A DNA stretch of 41,524 nt, taken from NCBI GenBank assembly GCA_023229865.1, contig JALNYL010000008.1:1-41524 (forward strand), in the 5' to 3' direction. Source of the DNA: Minisyncoccota bacterium (lineage in GTDB: Bacteria; Patescibacteriota; Minisyncoccia; Phycocordibacterales; UBA1550). The notes under the pieces are model-generated. The model searched no databases and was not told the origin of the DNA. It saw nothing but the letters and a program-made list of their open reading frames with translations. Below, in pieces: positions 34,648 through 41,524 of the stretch. A program made the position numbers and the translations under genes. Position 1 is the first letter of the stretch; every line of letters begins with the position of its first letter.

Positions 34648-36420
34648 ATGGATTCACGAGAAATTAGAGCGCGATTTTTGAAGTTTTTTGAGAAGCGCGG
34701 CCACGCTATTATTCCTTCATCACCTTTGGTTCCTGAGAACGACCCGTCGGTGCTTTTTAATACCGCAGGTATGCAGCCCCTCGTGCCGTACCTCATGGGC
34801 ACACCACACCCAAGCGGCAAGCGTCTCGCCAACAGTCAGAAGTGTGTGCGCACACAAGACATCGAAGAAGTCGGCGACAAGACACATGACACATTTTTCG
34901 AAATGCTTGGCAACTGGTCACTCGGTGACTATTTCAAAGAAGATGCTATCAAGTGGAGTTTTGAATTCCTCACGTCAAAGGAGGAAGGTCTCGGCCTCGA
35001 CCCTGCACGTCTCTATATGACGGTCTTTGAGGGCAACGATGACGCACCGCGTGACGAAGAAGCGCTCGAGATTTGGAAGAAGTATATGCCAGAAAATCGC
35101 ATCTACTTTATGTCGGCAAAGTCGAACTGGTGGAGCCCAGGGGACAACGGTCCTTGTGGTCCTGATACAGAAATGTTTTATGATGTGACCGAGCGCGGAC
35201 TTGGTGACATGACCAAGGAGGAATACATGGCGGCAGATGATCGTCAGGAAGTCGTGGAGATTTGGAACGACGTGTTTATGGAGTACGAGAAGAAAGATGG
35301 CAAAGTCATCGGCAAGCTCGCCATGAAAAACGTGGACACGGGTTCGGGTCTCGAGCGTATCGTGATGGCGATCCAGGGTAAGGACAATGTTTTTGATACT
35401 GACCTTTTTGCGCCTATTATGGAGAAGATTGCACAGCTTGCAGCGATAGAGATCAAAGACCTCCGCGCGCAGCGTATCGTCGCAGATCACATCCGTACCT
35501 CAGTGATGATGATCGCTGACGGTGTGCGCCCATCAAACACTGATCAGGGTTACATCCTCCGTCGTCTCATTCGTCGCGCTGTCCGCTATGCAGACGTGCT
35601 TGGTATTGGAAAGGGGATGCTCTCAGAGCTTGTGCCGGTAATCGCCGAGAAGTATAAGGGTATTTACGACAATGTAGCCGAAGCAGAGGGTACTATCGTG
35701 AAAGAAATCTGGGAAGAGGAAGAGAAGTTTAGAAAGACGCTTGAGCGTGGGACAAAGGAGCTCACGACACTTCTTGCTCGTGGTTCGGTTTCTGGCGTTG
35801 ATGCGTTTACGCTTTTCTCAACATACGGTTTTCCTATCGAGATGACAGAAGAACTCGCGGCAGAGCAGGGGGTTACGGTGGATCGTGCGTCATTTGATGC
35901 AGAGATGAAGAAGCATCAAGAGCTTTCGCGCGCAGGTGCTGAGCAGAAGTTTAAGGGTGGTCTCGCAGACAGTAGTGACAAGACGACCGCGCTTCACACC
36001 GCGACACACCTCATGCTCGCAGGTCTCCGTAAATACTTGGGAGATGGCGTACACCAGGCTGGCTCAAACATCACGGAAGAGCGTCTTCGTTTCGACTTCA
36101 CCTATCCTCAGAAAGTTGAGCGTGATGTGCTCGATAAGGTAGAAGCGTATGTGAATGATGCTATCGCAAAAGGTTGCGTCGTTGATAAAGCTCAAATGAA
36201 GAAAGAAGAGGCGAAAGCAATGGGTGTCGAGGGAAGTTTCTGGGAGAAGTATCCAGAAGAGGTGACCGTGTATACTGTGAAGGATGGTGGTGAGATTTAC
36301 TCACAGGAGCTCTGTGGTGGGCCACACGTGGAGAGTACTGGGGCTATGGGTCGCTTCAAAATCGTAAAAGAAGAGGCGTCGAGCTCAGGCGTTCGTCGCA
36401 TTAAGGCAATCCTCGAGTAA
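34648..36420 (+). CDS. alaS: Alanine--tRNA ligase, short form (catalytic + editing domains, no C-Ala)
   Basis: The N-terminus is IRARFLKFFEKRGHAIIPSSPLVPENDPSVLFNTAGMQ. The editing domain has HTATHLM and CGGPHV. The protein ends at GVRRIKAILE after 590 aa. Confidence 0.93.
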   Translation: MDSREIRARFLKFFEKRGHAIIPSSPLVPENDPSVLFNTAGMQPLVPYLMGTPHPSGKRLANSQKCVRTQDIEEVGDKTHDTFFEMLGNWSLGDYFKEDAIKWSFEFLTSKEEGLGLDPARLYMTVFEGNDDAPRDEEALEIWKKYMPENRIYFMSAKSNWWSPGDNGPCGPDTEMFYDVTERGLGDMTKEEYMAADDRQEVVEIWNDVFMEYEKKDGKVIGKLAMKNVDTGSGLERIVMAIQGKDNVFDTDLFAPIMEKIAQLAAIEIKDLRAQRIVADHIRTSVMMIADGVRPSNTDQGYILRRLIRRAVRYADVLGIGKGMLSELVPVIAEKYKGIYDNVAEAEGTIVKEIWEEEEKFRKTLERGTKELTTLLARGSVSGVDAFTLFSTYGFPIEMTEELAAEQGVTVDRASFDAEMKKHQELSRAGAEQKFKGGLADSSDKTTALHTATHLMLAGLRKYLGDGVHQAGSNITEERLRFDFTYPQKVERDVLDKVEAYVNDAIAKGCVVDKAQMKKEEAKAMGVEGSFWEKYPEEVTVYTVKDGGEIYSQELCGGPHVESTGAMGRFKIVKEEASSSGVRRIKAILE

Positions 36421-36477
36421 CTCACACCGCCTCGTATTCAGTGCAATTTACTCAAGAATTATCCTAGGCAATATTGC

Positions 36478-37176
36478 ATGAGAAAATTAATAATTATAGC
36501 GGTTGGAGTTCTTGTACTGGTGGCAGTTTTGTATTTTGTTGCGACGCAAAAACAAACAAACACTCAGCCTTCAAAGCAAGTGCAAAATCTTATTGCACAA
36601 CTTTCGAGTGATGTCGCCCTTGTCGACAAGCCGCAATTTGTAAAGAGTGAGGAAGTGTTAACACCTGTTTTGCAAAAGATCCAGGATGATGTTATTGCGC
36701 TTCTTGTCGCACCAGATGCTGGTAGTGCTGAATATTATTCCCAACTTAGGATCAAAGCAATAGGAGGGAGACATATACTCATCTCTCAACTGACAGTACG
36801 GGGGTCGTATGACGAAATTATTGATTCACAGACAGGTAAGGTTGTGTATATTCCAGACGCTGCATCATATACTCCGCGGTACCTAGCTTTTGAGAACGGA
36901 AGAGAGGTGGCACTCTATGTTGGGTACAAAGATATCTACACCTACACATTGGGACAGGAGGGGTTCGTTCTTGTGCCTAACTCAAATCTTCCCAAAGGGG
37001 AGACTTATCACTCAGGGGAAGGTGATTTTAGTATTGTTGTTCACGAAACCCACAGCAAAGACTCTATAACAATCTCGGTATTTGACGAGTCAAAGCTCGT
37101 GCACAATCCTCATGCAGTACCTGGTGCAATGGATATTATGTTCAAGGAGTTGCGAAAGGAAACTTTGTATTTTTAG
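36478..37176 (+). CDS. Hypothetical secreted/anchored protein, paralog of 37212..37895
   Basis: It has an N-terminal signal anchor. Blocks shared with the next gene are IYTYTLGQEGFVLVPNSNLPKGETY / ICLYELGNNNFTLIKLNNYLKNDETF and ITISVFDESK / ITLSVFDNTSK. Confidence 0.65.
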   Translation: MRKLIIIAVGVLVLVAVLYFVATQKQTNTQPSKQVQNLIAQLSSDVALVDKPQFVKSEEVLTPVLQKIQDDVIALLVAPDAGSAEYYSQLRIKAIGGRHILISQLTVRGSYDEIIDSQTGKVVYIPDAASYTPRYLAFENGREVALYVGYKDIYTYTLGQEGFVLVPNSNLPKGETYHSGEGDFSIVVHETHSKDSITISVFDESKLVHNPHAVPGAMDIMFKELRKETLYF

Positions 37177-37211
37177 TAAAGTATACGAGCTTTAATGATG
37201 TAAATTAGCAC

Positions 37212-37895
37212 ATGAAAAACAAAATACTGATTTTAATAATTCTAGCTTTGGCAATTCCTCTTGCTGTATTTTTGAATTTTAAAAATCAGCAATTTGTTTT
37301 TGATTCAAGCTCTAAAAATATTGGGGTATTTCTTGAGGGGGATGTTACGAATTATTACAAGACAGATGATAAAAATATTAAATATTTTATTAAAAATATT
37401 TTAGCAAAACCTGTTCCAGGAAACGCGCCTGAGGATAGTAAATATCTTCAGTTTGGCGTTGCGTATTACAACCAAAACCAATTTTTAGCACAACAAAGTG
37501 GTGCCGACTATATTTATTTTGATCTTTATAATAGCAGGACCGGAGAGAATTTGAGCAAAAGTTGTTACATAAACAAATCAGAGGGGTATTTAAGGGAAGG
37601 AAATGTCTTGTCTTCCGTGTATCCACTTCATCGAACCACGGATTACTCTGAACAAAACATATGTTTGTATGAGCTCGGTAATAATAATTTCACATTAATT
37701 AAATTAAATAATTATTTAAAAAATGACGAGACTTTTGTAAAAAACATAAACAATCATTCGTATAATTCTACTCCTTTGTATGACTACACAATAAATACAG
37801 AGAAGAGGATAATTACATTGTCTGTCTTTGATAATACCAGCAAGGATTCTGACGGAAACTATCGATACACGAGGAGTGTGGAGGTGAGTTATTAA
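37212..37895 (+). CDS. Hypothetical secreted/anchored protein (AT-rich paralog)
   Basis: It has an N-terminal signal anchor (ILILIILALAIPLAVFL) and Asn/Tyr/Lys-rich composition. See the paralog blocks listed for 36478..37176. Confidence 0.6.
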   Translation: MKNKILILIILALAIPLAVFLNFKNQQFVFDSSSKNIGVFLEGDVTNYYKTDDKNIKYFIKNILAKPVPGNAPEDSKYLQFGVAYYNQNQFLAQQSGADYIYFDLYNSRTGENLSKSCYINKSEGYLREGNVLSSVYPLHRTTDYSEQNICLYELGNNNFTLIKLNNYLKNDETFVKNINNHSYNSTPLYDYTINTEKRIITLSVFDNTSKDSDGNYRYTRSVEVSY

Positions 37896-37987
37896 AACAA
37901 TTTATTTTGGCACAGCACGGAGAGGAAAATTGCCAACTGCCCACTTTTGTAGAAGGGAGATTTTTATTTCTAATTAATAACTAGGAT

Positions 37988-38665
37988 TTATATAAGCCTA
38001 AAAGTTGAATAGATTCCTTCAAGAATACGAGAATACTCAGGGTAGTTATTTGCCCCCGTTATTAATTGGGGGTTGTTTAATGATTTTAGCCAGTCTTGGG
38101 CATACTTGTCTTTCGGATTGAATCCTTCGATGTATAGACTGTAAACAATATTTTTGCCAATAAAGTAAACCTTTGCCCCGTCATCATATATTGCAATTGT
38201 TGAACCGTCAGCAGTAACGATTTTAGTCACTTGATTTGTTGATTCTACAAAGTGTTGTAAAATCTCGTCGATAGTTGCCCCGTATTGTTCTGGCTTACCA
38301 ACAGGGATGATGCCTATTGTGTAATTTAGAAATGTTTTTGGGTCACTTGGGTTAATGCTCTTAATATTCGGATATTTTAATGGGAGAACTATGAACGAAG
38401 CGTCTTTTATGGGGTCAACGAACCCAAGTCGTGGGTCCTCTCCGCCTAAAACACTTAATTCCTGTGGATATTTAAATTGGTAACCTGATTTGTCATTTTT
38501 GTAAATCAACCAATTCGATGTATTTAATTTAGGAAGAACATCAACACTTGTTTCTCGTGATTGTTTTGAGCCCCCCCCCAAAAAAAACACCCAGTACAAC
38601 AGGATGCTGAGGGAAAAAAGAAAGATAAATATTGCCGAAATTTTTATTTTATTTTGTTTAAACAC
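37988..38665 (-). CDS. Hypothetical secreted/anchored protein with a T8G9 tract near its 5' end
   Basis: It has an N-terminal signal anchor (ISAIFIFLFSLSILLYWVFFL). Codons about 27-32 are encoded by the homopolymer tracts. Confidence 0.6.
   Translation of the reverse strand: MFKQNKIKISAIFIFLFSLSILLYWVFFLGGGSKQSRETSVDVLPKLNTSNWLIYKNDKSGYQFKYPQELSVLGGEDPRLGFVDPIKDASFIVLPLKYPNIKSINPSDPKTFLNYTIGIIPVGKPEQYGATIDEILQHFVESTNQVTKIVTADGSTIAIYDDGAKVYFIGKNIVYSLYIEGFNPKDKYAQDWLKSLNNPQLITGANNYPEYSRILEGIYSTFRLI
38571..38587 (-). repeat. Adjacent homopolymers C9 and A8 (T8G9 on the coding strand)
   Basis: The plus strand reads ccccccccc aaaaaaaa. On the minus strand this encodes V-F-F-L-G-G-G just after the signal anchor. 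Confidence 0.9.
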
Positions 38666-38812
38666 GTATTACATAATATCACGAATTATAAAAAATCTAT
38701 TTGGGAATTTTGGTTGTTTCTTGTCAGTCATGCCTTTTTGTAGTAGGCTATTTTGAGTAGTATTACAGTTTGAATGTTAAAAGATAATTACAGATAAGAC
38801 ATAACGACCAAC

Positions 38813-39127
38813 ATGACAACACAGGAACCAGATGTAACATTTCTTGAATATGTAGTAAAAGCACTCGTAGATCATCCAGCGGATGTAAAAGTAGTGCGTG
38901 TAGTAGACGAGATGGGAGTACTCATCACCCTCGATGTAAATCCAGGAGATATGGGTAAGATCATCGGTCGCGATGGCAACACCGCAAAAGCTATTCGTAC
39001 ACTTCTCCGCGTGGTGGGAATGAAGAACAACGCTCGCGTAAATCTCAAGATCGCAGAGCCAGCAGGAGGCAAGAGTCCAAGCGCTTCAAAGACTGTGGAT
39101 GAAGTTATTGAAGGACTTAAAATCTAA
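38813..39127 (+). CDS. KH-domain RNA-binding protein (YlqC/UPF0109-like)
   Basis: The KH core is LITLDVNPGDMGKIIGRDGNTAKAIRTLLRVVG. It sits upstream of trmD, as in rpsP-KH-rimM-trmD clusters. Confidence 0.85.
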   Translation: MTTQEPDVTFLEYVVKALVDHPADVKVVRVVDEMGVLITLDVNPGDMGKIIGRDGNTAKAIRTLLRVVGMKNNARVNLKIAEPAGGKSPSASKTVDEVIEGLKI

Positions 39128-39128
39128 A

Positions 39129-39169
39129 GAATAGAATATTGAATGTTGAATATGGAATATTGAATAATG
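39129..39169 (+). repeat. NNNGAAT heptamer array (6 units), left arm of an inverted pair
   Basis: The sequence is gaatagaatattgaatgttgaatatggaatattgaataatg, starting 2 nt after the KH stop. Positions 39145-39169 match the reverse complement of 39268-39292 at 21 of 25 positions by hand alignment. Confidence 0.7.
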
Positions 39170-39187
39170 CAAAAATTCACATTCAAC

Positions 39188-39220
39188 AAAAGAGCGCCAG
39201 AATGGCGCTCTTTTGTTTTT
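39188..39220 (+). terminator. Rho-independent terminator inside the KH-trmD spacer
   Basis: Stem aaaagagcgcc/ggcgctctttt has a 5-nt loop and tail gttttt. Confidence 0.8.
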
Positions 39221-39265
39221 GGTGTATAGTATTAAGTATTGAACGAATGTAATGCTTTGCACCCA

Positions 39266-39302
39266 TTCTGTATTCAATATTCTAAATTCAACATTCTACC
39301 CC
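39266..39302 (-). repeat. NNNGAAT heptamer array (5 units), right arm, inverted
   Basis: The reverse complement reads ggggtaGAATgttGAATttaGAATattGAATacaGAATg. It ends 1 nt before the trmD ATG. Confidence 0.7.
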
Positions 39303-39303
39303 G

Positions 39304-39963
39304 ATGATTCGTTTTTACGTAGTAACCATTTTCCCAGACGCCGTGCGCCCTTACATGGAGGCGTCGATACTTGGTCGTGCGCAGGAGAGCAAGCATATCG
39401 CCGTCACGTATCATGACCCACGCGAGAATGCCAAGAACAAATGGGGTAAGGTAGATGACCGCCCATACGCAGGAGGTCCTGGGATGGTGATGACTGCAGA
39501 GCCGCTCCTCCGCACTCTTGATAAGATCGCAAAGAGTATTGCGCGCAAGAAGAACACGAAAACAAAAGTAATTCTCTTCGCACCAGGCGGGAAGCAGTTT
39601 ACGAATACCTATGCCAAGCAGCTCGTGACCAAGTACACCGACATCGTCCTCATTGCTGGTCGCTATGAAGGTATCGATGCGCGTGTGAAGAAGATTTTTA
39701 AAGCAGAGGAGGTTTCTGTGGGGCCTTTTGTGCTCACTGGCGGGGAAGTGCCTGCAATGCTCCTCGTAGACGCCTGTGCACGCCAGATTCCCGGCGTCCT
39801 CGGTAAGTTTGAATCCCTCGAAGAAGAGCGCACCGCATCGCCTGAAATGTACACCCGCCCCGAAGTCCTCGAGTGGAAAGGCAAGAAGTATAAGGTGCCC
39901 AAGGTTCTTCTCGGTGGTAACCATAAGGATATTGAAGAGTGGAGGAAGAGTAAATTGGGGTAG
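39304..39963 (+). CDS. trmD: tRNA (guanine37-N1)-methyltransferase TrmD
   Basis: It has TrmD motifs (VVTIFPD, DDRPYAGGPGMVM, LIAGRYEGIDARV, VLTGGEVPAMLLVDA). Confidence 0.95.
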   Translation: MIRFYVVTIFPDAVRPYMEASILGRAQESKHIAVTYHDPRENAKNKWGKVDDRPYAGGPGMVMTAEPLLRTLDKIAKSIARKKNTKTKVILFAPGGKQFTNTYAKQLVTKYTDIVLIAGRYEGIDARVKKIFKAEEVSVGPFVLTGGEVPAMLLVDACARQIPGVLGKFESLEEERTASPEMYTRPEVLEWKGKKYKVPKVLLGGNHKDIEEWRKSKLG

Positions 39964-40033
39964 GTTTTATATTCCAAAGCAATTTTAAAATTCACTTTTA
40001 AAACAAGAGAAATAATGCTTTAATTATTCGTAT

Positions 40034-40708
40034 ATGAGCATCTCATTTTCTGTTGAACAACTTAGTTTATTTGTGAACATTGGTACTTTTATTGTTGCAC
40101 TCACTGCGCTCTCGAGTATTAAAGTTGCTAAAGATAGTATTCAGATATCTGCAAAGCGTGACTCAGTTAAATATGCTTCAGATTTGGTTAAATTTTACCT
40201 TAAGGATTTTGTTGATGCTTCAACGTCCACTTATCGTTATAAAAGTAATATTAATTACAAAAAGTCAGAATTTGATACTAGTAAGGGGATGAAAGAGTTT
40301 ACTATTGAGGAATTTAGGGAAATGTATGATCCAGCAAAAGTAAAGGAAATTCTAAGTATAAATTTAGAGCAAGACAGAAAGAACGTAGAAATGCTCCACC
40401 TGACATTAGCTGAAAGAAATTTACTCGAAACCTTTTCCACGCCTTTTATAAGTGGCGTTGCTGATGAGGAAATTGCCTTTGGATCAGTTGGTGTATCTTT
40501 TTGCCACTCAGTGGAAAATAACTGGGTTGAGTATTGTATTGTTCGAACAAGAAAGGCTGAACAATTTAGTTATTTCCAGAATACAATAAAATTGTATAAT
40601 ATTTGGAACAACAGAATAAAGAAATTTCAACTCGAAAATAACAGAGCTGACATTGAGGCTGAAATTTTAAGGATAACAAACATTAAGGTCAAACCAATTG
40701 GAACATAG
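40034..40708 (+). CDS. Hypothetical protein with an N-terminal TM helix (AT-rich orphan)
   Basis: The ORF is intact and has an N-terminal hydrophobic helix (LFVNIGTFIVALTALSSI). It is visibly more AT-rich than its neighbours. I recognised no family. Confidence 0.55.
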   Translation: MSISFSVEQLSLFVNIGTFIVALTALSSIKVAKDSIQISAKRDSVKYASDLVKFYLKDFVDASTSTYRYKSNINYKKSEFDTSKGMKEFTIEEFREMYDPAKVKEILSINLEQDRKNVEMLHLTLAERNLLETFSTPFISGVADEEIAFGSVGVSFCHSVENNWVEYCIVRTRKAEQFSYFQNTIKLYNIWNNRIKKFQLENNRADIEAEILRITNIKVKPIGT

Positions 40709-40771
40709 CTAGGAATTTCATCAAAGTTTTAAAGGTGTGGGCCCTATGGGGATTCTAAATACGGCCATTTG

Positions 40772-40805
40772 GGCGGGTTTTGCCGAAGGCAAAACCCGCC
40801 TTTCT
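40772..40805 (+). terminator. Rho-independent terminator
   Basis: A 13-bp perfect stem, ggcgggttttgcc/ggcaaaacccgcc, has loop gaa and tail tttct. Confidence 0.8.
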
Positions 40806-40823
40806 ACTATTTGCCAATGGCTA

Positions 40824-40853
40824 TTGACTATCAACTACCCCCAATGGTATACT
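40824..40853 (+). promoter_or_regulatory. Strong sigma70-type promoter TTGACT-N18-TATACT with TGG extension
   Basis: The -35 is at 40824-40829 and the -10 at 40848-40853, about 410 nt upstream of the rpoB ATG. Confidence 0.6.
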
Positions 40854-41266
40854 CTTTTCAACGGTAATCTGATTGCGTTTTTGGCGCCGTAAACAACAGA
40901 GTCTGAGGCCCTTCCTAAAATACTCACTACTGCGAAAGGCAAAATTCTATTCCAACCTTCGAATTGTTTGTCGTCATGCGATTGCATGACTTCGCTCAAT
41001 TCTCGGTTGTCACTACGAATTTTGCATTTCTCGCGACGCGATTATTTTACGAACGACCTCCAAAATTTATTAAGAAGGTATTTAAGTGTCTTTAATTACC
41101 CTAGTTAACAGAAAGGTGGAATATTCCAAGCCTTTTTGATTTTTGCTGTTTACTTGCGACATTAGGTTTGGTGAGCGAGAAGTACCCTTTTCGTTACTAA
41201 GCCGACCAGTCCAATTCAACTCTCGGGTATTTGAAGCATTTGGATATTAAGCACATATATCACCAT

Positions 41267-41524
41267 ATGCGACCACAAAAAACATTTGCGCGCTACACGA
41301 AGCCGCAAATCGAGATGCCAAATCTCGTAGAGACACATTTGAAGTCATACGAGTGGCTCTTGAACGAAGGACTCAAAGAAGCATTTAAAGAATTTTCTCC
41401 AATCAAGGATTACTCGGAGAAAAAGTTTGAACTCGAATTCGTTGGCATTGAACTCTCAGCGCCAAAGTACGACGAGTATTTTGCAAAAGAAAATAAGCTC
41501 TCATACGAAGCTCCTCTCAAGGCG
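41267..41524 (+). CDS. rpoB: DNA-directed RNA polymerase subunit beta, 5' partial (runs off the window)
   Basis: The frame is open from ATG 41267 to the window end. It translates MRPQKTFARYTKPQIEMPNLVETHLKSYEWLLNEGLKEAFKEFSPIKDYS..., the typical RpoB N-terminus. Confidence 0.85.
   Translation, partial: MRPQKTFARYTKPQIEMPNLVETHLKSYEWLLNEGLKEAFKEFSPIKDYSEKKFELEFVGIELSAPKYDEYFAKENKLSYEAPLKA

Noticed and set aside
40835-41100. Short ORFs lie in the rpoB upstream region: 51 aa on the minus strand from ATG 40987, and 39 aa on the plus strand from ATG 40976.
   Set aside because: They have no SD or promoter context. The minus-strand ORF runs into the predicted promoter, and neither sequence has recognisable features. 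That is too weak to call.
40860-41266. The ORF-free region upstream of rpoB might be RNase P RNA, tmRNA, SRP RNA or a ribosomal-protein leader.
   Set aside because: I could not find the conserved cores on either strand: GGAAAGTCC / ACAGAACCCGGCTTA for RNase P, a tRNA-like GGTTCGAATCC...CCACCA 3' end for tmRNA, or the GGAAG...CAGCC domain for SRP. It is left as an unknown candidate.

Overview
This 41.5-kb chromosomal window looks like a small-genome, CPR/Patescibacteria-type bacterium. That assignment is an inference from gene content: compact housekeeping genes, an AlaRS lacking C-Ala, a short AtpC, a DUF5671-like membrane protein, a giant propeller/Fn3 surface protein, and no Shine-Dalgarno (SD) sequence on core genes. 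Left to right the window holds:
- a frameshifted AI-2E transporter and a SpoU/TrmH methyltransferase
- two small membrane ORFs and the complete ATP synthase operon atpBEFHAGDC
- a family-4 UDG plus a frameshifted SLOG-like gene (minus strand)
- a SAM methyltransferase, a CAP-domain protein, two orphan ORFs and ychF
- a minus-strand 4-gene operon (receiver domain, ABC ATPase, FtsX/MacB permease, DUF1003), divergent from a 1764-aa surface protein
- a DUF5671-like protein, leuS, a sigma-region-4/HARE-HTH protein and a 414-aa membrane protein
- mltG, mnmA, an ATP-cone/PD-(D/E)XK protein, an MgtC-family protein and alaS
- AT-rich secreted-protein genes, a KH-domain protein, trmD, an AT-rich orphan and the 5' end of rpoB
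I recognised no rRNA, tRNA, CRISPR array, transposase or integrase.
The most notable observations are:
1. A self-contained small-gene cassette is bracketed by two synonymously diverged copies of the mnmA 3' end. This looks like an integration scar without a recombinase.
2. Six orphan small ORFs carry strong SDs, TGGTAGTT-type -10 elements and their own terminators, whereas core genes are SD-less and often nearly leaderless.
3. Tandem NNNGAAT heptamer arrays sit at gene boundaries, including an inverted pair splitting KH and trmD.
4. An apparently aspartate-less receiver domain heads the ABC/FtsX/DUF1003 operon.
5. One protein joins sigma-70 region 4 to a HARE-HTH domain.
6. Several indel or slippage-prone sites lie in G runs.
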